A stretch of 64,000 nucleotides of DNA, from assembly GCA_018814025.1 (NCBI GenBank), contig JAHJAM010000023.1, forward strand, positions 1,896 to 65,895. Reading direction: 5' to 3'. Source of the stretch: Patescibacteria group bacterium (GTDB taxonomy: Bacteria > Patescibacteriota > Patescibacteriia > UBA9934 > GWF2-40-263). Under the pieces are notes generated by a model. It did no database searches. It had not been told where the DNA came from and saw nothing but the letters and a program-made list of their open reading frames with translations. Each line of letters starts with the position of its first letter. The first letter of the stretch is position 1. Made by a program: the position numbers and the translations under genes. Positions 37,126 through 47,071 of the stretch are shown here, one piece after another.

Positions 37126-37509
37126 ATGAAGAATCAGTGCGCCAATTGCCAAGCTCAAGTCAAAGCTCTTAACGAGAAATGCCAAGGTTGTGGCTTCAAA
37201 ATCGTTATGGAACCCGAGGAACAAATCCGCGCTCGCTATTTGCGTGCTCCGTCTCTCGGGGCCCTATTTTTCACCCAAGGCTGGACCTTCGGCGCCAAGC
37301 TTTATCTCTGGTTTGTCTTATCCTTCATCCCCATCGTCGGCTTTGTGGCTTTATTCGCTTGCTTCTTTTTTGGCCGCCGCTGGTCTTGGGAACAAGGCGG
37401 CTGGGGTAGTTGGGAAGAATTCCAAAAGCGCATGCGCTTGCTGGATATTATTGCCACCGTTTGGATTCTCGGCTTGGTTATGGTTTGGTACCTCGCTTCC
37501 CGTCCTTAG
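37126..37509 (+). CDS. zinc-ribbon membrane protein (hypothetical)
   Basis: N-terminal CxxC...CxxC (CANCQ...CQGCG) followed by 3 TM helices. Confidence 0.4.
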   Translation: MKNQCANCQAQVKALNEKCQGCGFKIVMEPEEQIRARYLRAPSLGALFFTQGWTFGAKLYLWFVLSFIPIVGFVALFACFFFGRRWSWEQGGWGSWEEFQKRMRLLDIIATVWILGLVMVWYLASRP

Positions 37510-37560
37510 TCTTGAAAACATGACTCATCCGTGCTAAGTTCCGGATGATTTTTATTACCT

Positions 37561-38244
37561 ATGAAACATCTCGCCATTATTTTAGACGGCAATCGCCGCT
37601 GGGCCAAAGCTCAAGGCTTGCCAACTTTCGAAGGCCATCGCCGCGGTTATGATCGCGTCAAAGAAATCGGCCTAGCCGCCCTGGAACGAGGCATCGAACA
37701 CCTCACGGTTTTTGCTTTCTCCACTGAAAATTGGAAACGTTCCGAAGAAGAAGTTGGTTACTTAATGGATCTCCTGCTTAAAGCCCTAACCAAAGACCTG
37801 GATTTCTACATGAAGCATCAGGTGCGTCTGAAAGTCATTGGCCGCCGAACCGGTCTTTCTGACAAAATTCAAGCCGCTATTGCCGAAGCTGAAGACAAAA
37901 CCAAAGGCAACACCGCCGGCCAAATCAATCTTTGCATCAACTACGGCGGCCGCGCCGAACTCGTCGATGCGGTCAAAGACATCGTCGCTTCCGGCGTAAA
38001 TCCGGAACAAGTCACCGAAGAACTTATTTCCTCCAAAATCTGGATGAAAGATATTCCGGATCCCGATCTTATTATCAGAACTTCCGGTGAACAGCGCACT
38101 TCCGGTTTCCTCACTTGGTCCGGCACTTACAGCGAAATTCTTTTTGTGGAAAAACCCTGGCCCGACTTCACAGTTGAAGATCTGGACGCCGCCATTGATA
38201 ATTTTTCAAACCGCGACCGCCGCTTTGGGGGAAACAGCAAATAA
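37561..38244 (+). CDS. uppS: isoprenyl transferase (undecaprenyl diphosphate synthase)
   Basis: HLAIILDGNRRWA and ENWKRS motifs. Confidence 0.85.
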   Translation: MKHLAIILDGNRRWAKAQGLPTFEGHRRGYDRVKEIGLAALERGIEHLTVFAFSTENWKRSEEEVGYLMDLLLKALTKDLDFYMKHQVRLKVIGRRTGLSDKIQAAIAEAEDKTKGNTAGQINLCINYGGRAELVDAVKDIVASGVNPEQVTEELISSKIWMKDIPDPDLIIRTSGEQRTSGFLTWSGTYSEILFVEKPWPDFTVEDLDAAIDNFSNRDRRFGGNSK

Positions 38245-38272
38245 AAAAACGAGCCGGCTGGCTCGTTTTTTA
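38244..38272. terminator. bidirectional terminator between uppS and the ComM/YifB gene
   Basis: AAAAAAACGAGCCGGCTGGCTCGTTTTTT. Confidence 0.6.
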
Positions 38273-39787
38273 GTCAAACAACTCCGCTGGCCGATAGCGC
38301 AGCGCCTCGGCAATATGAGTGGCCGTAATCATCTCCTCGCCTGCCAAGTCCGCGATCGTGCGCGCGACTTTTTTGACCCGTGTAAACCCGCGCGCGGACA
38401 GTCGTTGGGCATCCAGCGCCTGTTTTAAAAGAGCTGTCCCCTCTTTTTCTATCTCACAATGTTGTTTTAAACTCGAAGTCGGAATCTCCGCATTGGTTAG
38501 ATAATTTGTTTTCTTATACCTCTTTTCTTGGAGCCGGCGTGCCACCCCAACTCGCTGGCGAATTGTTTTTGAATCCTCCGCATCTTTTTCTCCCATCAAT
38601 TTATCAACTTCCACGTTCGGCACCTCGATTATCAAATCGAATCTGTCGAGCAACGGTCCGGAAATTCTTTTTCGATACTGACTAATATTTCGCGCCGAGC
38701 AAATACACGCTCGATGCGGATCACTCGCGTACCCGCACGGACAAGGATTCGTGGCCGCCATCAAAAGAAATCTTGAAGGGAATCGTACGCTCGCGGCCGC
38801 TCGCGACACATGAACGAAGCCATCTTCCAATGGCTGACGCAAATGTTCCAACACATGTCGAGAAAATTCCGCCAGCTCATCCAAGAATAAAACACCGCGA
38901 TGAGCTAACGTCACCTCGCCTGGCCGCGGCCAGGTTCCTCCACCTACTAAAGAGATAGCCGAACATGAATGATGTGGTGTGCGAAACGGTCGTTCCCTGA
39001 TCAAACCGCCCTGTATTGGCAAGGTTCCAGCCACGGACGCAATCGAAGTCACCTCCAAAGATTCTTCATGCGTGAGCGGTGGCAGGATTGAAGGTAAGGA
39101 TCGAGCCAGTAGCGTCTTGCCCGTCCCCGGCGGTCCCTTGAGCAAAACATTGTGTCCGCCCGCCGCCGCAATCTCCAGTCCCCTTTTTGCCTGTTCTTGG
39201 CCTTTTATGTGTTTAAAATCGATATATGAATCCAAACACACTTTATTCATTTTCACCGGAATCGCCTCCGGAATTGCGTTTATGTTTTTTAAGTGTTCAA
39301 CCACTGATAGCAGACTCGTCGCCGGCAATACTCGCAATTTCCCCACCGCCAAAGCCTCCTGAATATTTTGTTCGGGTACGAATATCGTCATGTATCCTAA
39401 ATTTTTCGCCATCAAAGCCGAAGTTAAAACACCGGTTACGGGACGAACTTGCCCGTCCAAAGCCAGCTCACCTAAAAATAAAGTTTTATCCAAATCCGTC
39501 CGATCAAATTCGCCTTGTGCCAATAAAATTGCCAAAGCGATTGGCAGGTCGAAGCTCGAACCTTGTTTCTTGATGTCTGCCGGCGCCAAGTTCACGGTCA
39601 CTCGCGTACGCGGAAAACTAAAGCGCGAATTTTTTATGGCCGCGCGAATCCGATCGCGCGCTTCTTTAACCGATACGTCCGGCAAACCCACAATATTAAA
39701 ATTCGGCATGCCAGGCGATACATCTGCTTCCACGGTAATTGGCCGAGCCTCTATCCCAATTACCGCGCTGGAAAGAATATTAAACAT
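38270..39787 (-). CDS. YifB/ComM-family Mg-chelatase-like AAA+ ATPase
   Basis: N-terminal Lon-like domain, Walker A GPPGTGKT and a ChlI-type C-terminus; start placed at MFNILSSAV. Confidence 0.8.
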   Translation of the reverse strand: MFNILSSAVIGIEARPITVEADVSPGMPNFNIVGLPDVSVKEARDRIRAAIKNSRFSFPRTRVTVNLAPADIKKQGSSFDLPIALAILLAQGEFDRTDLDKTLFLGELALDGQVRPVTGVLTSALMAKNLGYMTIFVPEQNIQEALAVGKLRVLPATSLLSVVEHLKNINAIPEAIPVKMNKVCLDSYIDFKHIKGQEQAKRGLEIAAAGGHNVLLKGPPGTGKTLLARSLPSILPPLTHEESLEVTSIASVAGTLPIQGGLIRERPFRTPHHSCSAISLVGGGTWPRPGEVTLAHRGVLFLDELAEFSRHVLEHLRQPLEDGFVHVSRAAASVRFPSRFLLMAATNPCPCGYASDPHRACICSARNISQYRKRISGPLLDRFDLIIEVPNVEVDKLMGEKDAEDSKTIRQRVGVARRLQEKRYKKTNYLTNAEIPTSSLKQHCEIEKEGTALLKQALDAQRLSARGFTRVKKVARTIADLAGEEMITATHIAEALRYRPAELFD

Positions 39788-39853
39788 AAAACTTCCACCG
39801 CTATTGGTGGAAGTCAATTTCTATTCATAACTTATCAGAAAAAAATTGCTTTG

Positions 39854-40360
39854 TCAAATATCATCCTCACCCGACTTCAGTTGTTTTCGTTGAGTCAAGA
39901 TCAATAACCCAGCCACACCGACCAAAATCACCACATCAGAAAAATTTATGGCCAAACGACTGAAAAACATAATGTAATCAACCGTGAACCCGTAAACCAG
40001 ACGATCATACATGTTTCCGGCGGCTCCGATAATGATAATCATCGCCATCAATGAGACTTTTGGTCGGTTTCCCCAATTCCGAATGATGATTTGGATCAAG
40101 AAAAAGCCGATAACCAATGAAATCAAGACAATCACCCACATTTTAAAAGGAATATCAAAGGCAATTCCGAAATTTTTGTGAATTGCCAAGGAAAAAAAAG
40201 CCGGATCAACAAGACTCCCCTCGTCGGGGAGTATTTTTAAGGCAGTGAATTTTACAATTTCATCGGCAATAACAATTAATACAAATATTATCGCATATCC
40301 GATGATGTTGATTTTCTTGATTAAACCTCTTGTGTCAAGGTTTTCTTGCATTTGATGCAT
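39854..40360 (-). CDS. lspA: lipoprotein signal peptidase II
   Basis: Four TM helices with the NxGxAF and GAAGNMYDR..G.V.D motifs. Confidence 0.75.
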   Translation of the reverse strand: MHQMQENLDTRGLIKKINIIGYAIIFVLIVIADEIVKFTALKILPDEGSLVDPAFFSLAIHKNFGIAFDIPFKMWVIVLISLVIGFFLIQIIIRNWGNRPKVSLMAMIIIIGAAGNMYDRLVYGFTVDYIMFFSRLAINFSDVVILVGVAGLLILTQRKQLKSGEDDI

Positions 40361-40695
40361 GAACTTGAAGTCGGACGAGCTAACAGGCGCTTTTCGTCAA
40401 TTTCTTGTTTACAGTACTTACAAATACCGTAAACCCCCTTCTCGAGCTGTCTAAGGGCTGATTCTACGTCTCTTAAGGCCTTTTCTAGCTCACTCTCCAA
40501 TGAAAGATTATTGCTAAATTGAGCTACTTCCGAGGCATTCTCATCTTCCTTATCACCCAGATTAGGAAAATCTGCATTAAAATCAGTTTCTGCTGCTTGG
40601 GGGTTTCGATGTGCGAATTTAGATAATTCTTGTTCTAAACGTGTTTTTTCCTCTGACAACCGCTCTTTCATTTGTTCTACAATTTGCTTATCCAT
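40321..40695 (-). CDS. DksA/TraR-family C4 zinc-finger protein
   Basis: Coiled-coil N-terminal part followed by C..C-x17-C..C (CKYCKQ...CIKCKK). Confidence 0.65.
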   Translation of the reverse strand: MDKQIVEQMKERLSEEKTRLEQELSKFAHRNPQAAETDFNADFPNLGDKEDENASEVAQFSNNLSLESELEKALRDVESALRQLEKGVYGICKYCKQEIDEKRLLARPTSSSCIKCKKTLTQEV

Positions 40696-41272
40696 AAAAT
40701 AAGAAATTACTTATTGTTTCCTTATCTTAGCATCGAATTACTTACAAGGCAATAGTTCGACAGGACAATTTAACAAATAAAAAAGGGTCTCATAGCCCCT
40801 AAATGAAGATTTTGTGGGTGAGACCCTAAGCTGTAGATCGTGGCTTGAGACATGCCGGGTTCTGGGCTCGAGGGAACCTCACAACTCGACATGCCTTTTG
40901 GCACATGCGATCTTGGCGTCAACTCAGCCCCTCTACCATTCAATGGTCGTCTTCGCGGATGCTCATCTGGCGAGCAACTTTTGTGCGAGCTGACCGAGGA
41001 TGGTGATTCTGTTTTATTTCTATTTTATGGTGAACAGTAAAGAGGTGGGGTATTTTCCGAAAGTCATGATGAACAGGTGTGGGGGACCTATTGCCGGACT
41101 AACCGGACACCTTCGGAAAACTTCCCAGAGTTGGGAACATGGAAAGAACGTTTACTCATCTATAATATCATGTTGAACACTAAATGTCAACGCTGAAATA
41201 CTAATCTAATATTAGGTAAAAACATCACTGAAAATAAAAAAAGTGTTCAAGAACACAATCCAATCTAAAAAG

Positions 41273-41312
41273 TTATCCACAATTATGTCGAATTATATAC
41301 AAGTTATCCACA
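41273..41312 (+). promoter_or_regulatory. pair of perfect DnaA boxes (TTATCCACA x2, direct orientation, 31-bp pitch)
   Basis: Exact 9-mers at 41273-41281 and 41304-41312 within an AT-rich noncoding stretch. Confidence 0.5.
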
Positions 41313-41313
41313 A

Positions 41314-42591
41314 TCAATTACATAGCAAAATCTTTGTATCAAATAGGCTATTTCGAATACCCACAGAGGAATAGGCCTCGGTGATCGGAAAAGCAATTTG
41401 CCAGTTTCGTGTATGCAAATTATTAGCCGACAGACCAACCCAGGAATCAACATTCATAAACCCACTCGTTCCACCACAAGGTGCCTCACGAAGAGAATTA
41501 TCCTCGCCGGTTAGCCAGAATCGAACTAACGCTTCTCGATTGCTGATTACCAACCGGCCACGATCATATCCAGAAAATAGATAATGTGTTGGATCAACCA
41601 AAACTCGCGACCATGGCACACCAGCTATCACCAATTCCTCAACCGATATTGCAGCCGGGTCAACCGAAATCTCTTGAGCTGTTGAATTATCAGACAAGAC
41701 GAAATCAGATATTCGCGGAGAATGTAAAGCTGCTGATAATTTGATTAGTTTCTTATGCATTTCCGGGTCATTTTCATCCTGATAACTGCTTATCAAGAAT
41801 CCAACCCCGTCTTCATCGTTTGAAAGCATTACAAGCTCAATGTTTTGTTCGAAAATACGTGTAAAACTAGCTAAATTTTGATCAAATTCTTCTATTAGTG
41901 GATAAACAGGCAAATTTGAATGAACTGAGAAGTTTGTCAAGAATGGCGTTGACATAATTCCAAACACGTCTTCAGGTATTGTTTTCCAAGGCAGTGCTGT
42001 CAAATCCGATTTTGGCAAAGAAATTTCCAAGTTATTTCCATCCCCATATATGTCACCTCTAATTAGAGGGTCATTCAATATCAATATCTGACCCAACAGC
42101 TTTGTTTCAAACATAAATGGAATATTCGGCAGGTTCCACCCCCTTTTGAGTTGAGTTGTGGAAAAAGGCATGATCTGATTGGCAAGAAAAAGATGATTTG
42201 GTCCGATTTCCCGCACGACAATCCCCTGAGCATCCAGTTCATCCCGGGGTAAGGTGTTTAATGACCCTCGAATTCCGACTGACATATTTCCGTCATTTTG
42301 GATATATATTGCCACTTCGCCCTGAGCAAATCCCACCAAGTCCGATATGGTTAAAGATTTTCCGGTTATTAGGGGAATATTGAGCAGGTTCTTCTCAATA
42401 ATAGGCCAAGTATTTCGATCCGGTGCCAGACGAATAATGGCTATGGTTCCATCCGGGACAATCTCGGAGATTGTTTGTCGAGAAAACCACCAAAAAGAGG
42501 CACAGTACGCCAACACTGTTAGCAATAGTGCCAAAAGCAATATCCAAACAACCCGCCGTGAACGGCGGGTTGTTTTATACGAATTACGCAT
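41314..42591 (-). CDS. hypothetical membrane-anchored protein
   Basis: Start placed at MRNSYKTTRRSRRVVWILLLALLL (TM helix) so that it does not overlap pnp; no family recognised. Confidence 0.4.
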   Translation of the reverse strand: MRNSYKTTRRSRRVVWILLLALLLTVLAYCASFWWFSRQTISEIVPDGTIAIIRLAPDRNTWPIIEKNLLNIPLITGKSLTISDLVGFAQGEVAIYIQNDGNMSVGIRGSLNTLPRDELDAQGIVVREIGPNHLFLANQIMPFSTTQLKRGWNLPNIPFMFETKLLGQILILNDPLIRGDIYGDGNNLEISLPKSDLTALPWKTIPEDVFGIMSTPFLTNFSVHSNLPVYPLIEEFDQNLASFTRIFEQNIELVMLSNDEDGVGFLISSYQDENDPEMHKKLIKLSAALHSPRISDFVLSDNSTAQEISVDPAAISVEELVIAGVPWSRVLVDPTHYLFSGYDRGRLVISNREALVRFWLTGEDNSLREAPCGGTSGFMNVDSWVGLSANNLHTRNWQIAFPITEAYSSVGIRNSLFDTKILLCN

Positions 42592-42613
42592 TGGAATATT
42601 CAGCTTTTGCACA

Positions 42614-44857
42614 TTATTTTCGGAATGGTTTCTTGAAGCGACTAAATCCTCCCTTTTTGTCATCGCGGTTATAAGGTTTCCGATCTCCACTCGGGGCTGC
42701 ATTAGCCGGCTTTTCCGGATAGACATTGCCCTCGGCTTGTTTCATGGAAAGGTTTACCCGTCCCTTGTCATCGATTTCGATCACCTTAACATTAACCTCA
42801 TCGCCAATTTTTACGATATCAGACACCTTTTCAACTCGCCAAGGAGCCAATTCACTGACGTGAACCATTCCATCCTTTTTTGGCAGGATTTCTACAAACG
42901 CACCAAAGTCCATTAACCGAACGACTTTGCCTTTATAGATTTCACCGACTTCGATATCTTTGACGATTCTTTCCACCCAAGCCTTGGCTTTATCAGCAGC
43001 TTCTCCACCGATTGAAGTAATCATAACCAATCCGCTATCTTCAATATCAATTGATTGTACGCCTGTGGTATCAATAATTTCATTAATCATTTTTCCGCCC
43101 GGACCGATTACTTCACCGATTTTTGCCGGATCAATCTGCACAGTAATAATGCGTGGAGCGTATGGTGACATCTCTGCGCGTGGTTCAGGAATCGTCTTCT
43201 GGATTACATCCAAAATTTCCATTCGCGCCTCGCGTGCTTGTTTGAAAGTTTGTTCCACGATTTCGCGGCTCAAGCCCTCGGTTTTGGTATCCATTTGAAT
43301 TGCAGTGATTCCCTCTCGGCTGCCCGCGATTTTGAAGTCCATGCCGCCTTTGCCGTCTTCCAGATCTTGAATGTCAGTCAGAACTTTCCAATCACCCTTA
43401 TCATTGGTGGCCACGCCCATGGCAATTCCGGCCACCGGCGTCTTAATCGGCACGCCTGCGTCCATCAAAGCCAAGGTCGATCCGCAAGTTGAAGCCATGG
43501 AACTGGATCCATTGGAGCCCATTGTTTCCGAGACCAAGCGGATGGTGTACGGGAAATCTTCTTTGCTTGGAATCATTGGCGCCAAAGCCTTTTCCGCCAA
43601 AGCGCCATGGCCGATATCGCGTCGGCTTGGGCCGCGCATGGGTTTAACTTCTCCTACTGAGTAAGGAGGAAAGTTATAGTGATGGAAAAAGCGCTTGGTG
43701 CCCATGAATTCCATTCCATCCATTGTTTGTTCATCGCCCGGCGCCCCTAAAGTCGTGACAGTTAACACCTGGGTCTCACCGCGCGAGAAAAGTCCGCTGC
43801 CATGCACTCTCGGCAACAATTGAACCTCACCAACCAGTTTTCGGATTTCTGTAATCTTTCGGCCGTCAACTCGTTTATCATTTTCAATAATCTCGCGAGT
43901 TACCTCGTCTTCCAGCACTTCAATCACCGTATCCAGGCCATAGCGCACCTCTTCGGGATCAACCCCTTGTTCTAATAAGAAAGCCTCTGTTCGCTTCTTC
44001 AATTCTGTCTTTTGTTGATAGCGTTCAGTTTTCGTTGCTTGTGGTTGTCCAAAAAACAATTCTTTCACTTGTGCCACAATAAACGGTCGAGCTTTCGCGG
44101 CAATCTCTTCTTTCTTAATAACCAAAGCTTTCTCTTCATCAGTCTTCGGGGCATTTAAGTCAACTTTTTCTTTACCCACTTCTTGACGGATTTTTTCAAT
44201 CAAAGCCACCGGTTCTTTAAGGTTTTCCATGCCGTACCAAAAAGCTTCCAGTACAGTATCTTCCGGAGCTTCATTGGCCCCGGCTTCAACCATGATGATG
44301 TTTTCTGAAGTTCCGGCAAAGGCTAGATCCAAAAGTGATTTTGCACGTTCTTCATAAGTTGGATTGATTATCCAGGCGCCATCAACTTGTCCGATTCGAA
44401 TGTCGGCGATTGGACCGTTCCAAGGGATTTGGCTTATGTGCAAAGCACAGCTCGCTCCAATCAAACCCAGGATGTCTGCATCATTTTCCCCATCAAACGC
44501 CAAGCAAGTCACAATTACTTGCACTTCATTTCGCATGCTTTGGTCGAACAAAGGGCGAATCGCTCGATCGATAAAGCGTGATGTCAAAATCGCCTCATCG
44601 ACGGCTCGGCCTTCGCGTTTCATAAACCGTGAGCCTTTAATGCGGCCGGCCGCGTACATTTTTTCTTCGTAGTCGACCATGAGCGGAAAGAAATCAACTC
44701 CTTCCCGAGCGCTTTCGCTCATTACCACTGTGGCCAAGACCACGGTTTCGCCATACTGCACCAAGCAGGCTCCATGAGCTTGCTCAGCGTACTTGCCTGT
44801 GGAAATGGTCAAAGTTTTGCCACCCCACTGGGTCTCAAATTTCTTGAGTTCTGTCAT
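42614..44857 (-). CDS. pnp: polyribonucleotide nucleotidyltransferase (PNPase)
   Basis: Two RNase PH domains, KH and S1 domains; start placed at MTELKKFETQWGG. Confidence 0.9.
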   Translation of the reverse strand: MTELKKFETQWGGKTLTISTGKYAEQAHGACLVQYGETVVLATVVMSESAREGVDFFPLMVDYEEKMYAAGRIKGSRFMKREGRAVDEAILTSRFIDRAIRPLFDQSMRNEVQVIVTCLAFDGENDADILGLIGASCALHISQIPWNGPIADIRIGQVDGAWIINPTYEERAKSLLDLAFAGTSENIIMVEAGANEAPEDTVLEAFWYGMENLKEPVALIEKIRQEVGKEKVDLNAPKTDEEKALVIKKEEIAAKARPFIVAQVKELFFGQPQATKTERYQQKTELKKRTEAFLLEQGVDPEEVRYGLDTVIEVLEDEVTREIIENDKRVDGRKITEIRKLVGEVQLLPRVHGSGLFSRGETQVLTVTTLGAPGDEQTMDGMEFMGTKRFFHHYNFPPYSVGEVKPMRGPSRRDIGHGALAEKALAPMIPSKEDFPYTIRLVSETMGSNGSSSMASTCGSTLALMDAGVPIKTPVAGIAMGVATNDKGDWKVLTDIQDLEDGKGGMDFKIAGSREGITAIQMDTKTEGLSREIVEQTFKQAREARMEILDVIQKTIPEPRAEMSPYAPRIITVQIDPAKIGEVIGPGGKMINEIIDTTGVQSIDIEDSGLVMITSIGGEAADKAKAWVERIVKDIEVGEIYKGKVVRLMDFGAFVEILPKKDGMVHVSELAPWRVEKVSDIVKIGDEVNVKVIEIDDKGRVNLSMKQAEGNVYPEKPANAAPSGDRKPYNRDDKKGGFSRFKKPFRK

Positions 44858-44992
44858 ATTTTTGGTCCTGTTGAAGCTCAAGAAGTCGAGATCTCTCTCG
44901 AAATCTTTCTGTCTCAACAGGACAGTTATTAATTAAGTGGCACATAAGTGCCAGATTTAGGTCAGGGATTAATCCCTGACCGGATCTGTTAC

Positions 44993-45553
44993 CTAAAATG
45001 TCATCCGTCTTTCTCTTGCCCCTTTGTTTTTATCACCGCCACCATCAGTTCGGGCGTTGGCTAAAATGTATTTTTTCGGTGCATCAGACAAGTTTGTATA
45101 ATGATCCACGACTTCGACTAATCTTGAAGAAGTGGTTTCGCGAAAGGCCATGACTTCCACGATCCGCCCGCGGTTTCTCACATATTCGACCAGCGGAATG
45201 TAATCCCCGTCCCCGGAAACCAGGACGATCACGTCCAGCATATCCAGCATGCGGATGATATCCACGGTCAGACCCACATCCCAATCCGCTTTTTTCTGGC
45301 CGGATAAATATTCCATCAATTCTTTCTCCTTGGTTTCAATGCCGGCTTTTTGCAAAGCTTCGAAAAAGGGCGATTCTTCATGGGTTTTGGTTCGCACCAC
45401 GTAAGCAATGGCTCGAATTAATCTTCGCTTGCCCACGGCATCAGCTAAGATTCCCTTAAAATTTACCTTGCGCTGAAAAAGGTGTCGCGCACTGTAATAC
45501 ATGTTTTGCGTGTCGATAAATACGCCCACGCGCTGCTCCGGATTCTGTATCAT
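44993..45553 (-). CDS. NYN-domain (LabA-like, PIN-like) protein
   Basis: VGVFIDTQNMYYS...IVLVSGDGDYIPLVEYVRNRG fits the NYN/LabA domain. Confidence 0.65.
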   Translation of the reverse strand: MIQNPEQRVGVFIDTQNMYYSARHLFQRKVNFKGILADAVGKRRLIRAIAYVVRTKTHEESPFFEALQKAGIETKEKELMEYLSGQKKADWDVGLTVDIIRMLDMLDVIVLVSGDGDYIPLVEYVRNRGRIVEVMAFRETTSSRLVEVVDHYTNLSDAPKKYILANARTDGGGDKNKGARERRMTF

Positions 45554-45639
45554 ATTGTTAAAATTAGCGGGAACCGGTCAATCCAGCCCCATGGTTATAA
45601 AAAGTGAAAAGCCCGGCCAATGATAAGCCGAGCTTTCGT

Positions 45640-45906
45640 TTATTTCAATTTAAGCGCTTCTTTAATTTTGTTTGCCGCTTTGGCATCCTCGCGCTCTAAG
45701 TATTTCAGCAATCGGCGTCGCTCATTTACTTTTTTGATTAAGCCGCGCCGAGAAGAATAATCTTTTTTATGCTCCTTCAAGTGCTTGGTCAGCATTTGAA
45801 TTTCGCTGGTCAAAATCGCGATCTGCACTTGGGGCGAACCAGTGTCTGATTCGTGAGTGCGATATTTTTCAATTATCTTCTGCTTCTGTTTGACGTCTAA
45901 CATAGT
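45640..45906 (-). CDS. rpsO: 30S ribosomal protein S15
   Basis: ...[47 protein letters not shown]; start placed at MLDVKQK. Confidence 0.85.
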   Translation of the reverse strand, partial: TMLDVKQKQKIIEKYRTHESDTGSPQVQIAILTSEIQMLTKHLKEHKKDYSSRRGLIKKVNERRRLLKYLEREDAKAANKIKEALKLK

Positions 45907-46087
45907 TTCATATTTCGTGCGCTGATCCGAGTGCCGGGAGACGAGCCCCAAACCCAGAAAAACGACCTTAATTATGTGCCGAGCTTAACAATCGAACCCC
46001 AATTTGTCAAGTTTTCACCCTCTTTTGACTTCAGTTGGTCCACCTTCTATACTTAAGAACATAATCATCACCATAACTAAAAATATT

Positions 46088-46501
46088 ATGTTTAGTGAAG
46101 GCGGTTCATATCCCGAAGAAGCAAAAATAAAATGGGAACAAAGAAGGGCTGAAGAACAACACCAAAAAGAACTTCAGCAAATAAAAGATAAGTTCGCAGC
46201 CGAAGATGTTCGTGGACAGTTTAAGCAATATGCTGACGAAGCAATGGCCAAGCTTTTTGAAATTCCTGCTATTGCTCAGCGCTTTGATCAAGACCCGGCT
46301 TTCCGTCAAGAAATTGAAGATCTTAAGGCGGCTCTTGTGAGTGCCAAGGATTTTGACCAGGCTAACAAAATCGTCGAATCTTTTTCACCAGAAGCGGGTG
46401 CCGCCATGAAAGATTTCTTGCCGGTTGTTGAGGGCACGGTTATTCATGAACCCATCGATTTGGAATATTCAAAAGATGCTTCGCCTTCACTTGAAAGTTA
46501 A
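46088..46501 (+). CDS. hypothetical protein
   Basis: ORF 46004-46501; start ambiguous (M at 46004 or 46088); charged, helical; followed by a terminator at 46514-46560. Confidence 0.35.
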   Translation: MFSEGGSYPEEAKIKWEQRRAEEQHQKELQQIKDKFAAEDVRGQFKQYADEAMAKLFEIPAIAQRFDQDPAFRQEIEDLKAALVSAKDFDQANKIVESFSPEAGAAMKDFLPVVEGTVIHEPIDLEYSKDASPSLES

Positions 46502-46560
46502 AAGCAACTTAATAAAAATCCCCCGCTTAGCCGTTTGCTGAGCGGGGGATTTGTGTTTTG

Positions 46561-46956
46561 CTACGAAAGTAGTCTTCTGGTTCGGAGTACCAAACCGACC
46601 TTCCATCGTACTTGATCTCGGCGTTCTTTCGGCCCCTCCAAAGAGGTCTGGCACAAGCCCAAGGCCAAAAGTTCGCGATTATCGAGAAACCCATATTCAT
46701 CAATCGGATCTTTCGGATCCGAGAAAATGCTTTTGAGCACAGCTTCTGGCAAGTAGTCCGGCAGCTCGATTGATTCCAAGGTATGAAAGAAGCTCACTTG
46801 CTGTCCTTCGTCCAGCTCTGACAGGTTGAGCATTTGTATAAAAATCGGATTGCGCATCTCCCAAGTCTCTTTGCATTCATGCAAAAAGCTTTGCGGATTG
46901 CGACGATACCAAGCCGCATCGTGCTGGGACAGGTTAAGGTGCATGTTTTCCTCCAT
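46561..46956 (-). CDS. hypothetical small protein (divergent partner A)
   Basis: Start placed at MEENMHLNL; about 130 aa; promoter in the left arm of the 46986-47030 palindrome. Confidence 0.4.
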   Translation of the reverse strand: MEENMHLNLSQHDAAWYRRNPQSFLHECKETWEMRNPIFIQMLNLSELDEGQQVSFFHTLESIELPDYLPEAVLKSIFSDPKDPIDEYGFLDNRELLALGLCQTSLEGPKERRDQVRWKVGLVLRTRRLLS

Positions 46957-46969
46957 TGAAGAACAGCGA

Positions 46970-47046
46970 AATCTATCATTTAATTGCGGTTTTGTCAAGC
47001 CTCTGACCGTCTGGGGCTTGACAAAACCGCCAAAATCAACTACTAT
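46970..47046. promoter_or_regulatory. divergent consensus promoters embedded in a perfect 45-bp palindrome
   Basis: GCGGTTTTGTCAAGCC-N13-GGCTTGACAAAACCGC (46986-47030); plus strand TTGACA(47018)-N17-TACTAT(47041); minus strand TTGACA(46993-46998)-N17-TAGATT(46970-46975). Confidence 0.55.
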
Positions 47047-47071
47047 CATCAGTTCAATCGTGGAGGAAGAA

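Noticed and set aside
40852-41040. 62-aa ORF in the long noncoding interval
   Set aside because: No SD, odd composition, not conserved-looking. The region is more likely regulatory or ncRNA.
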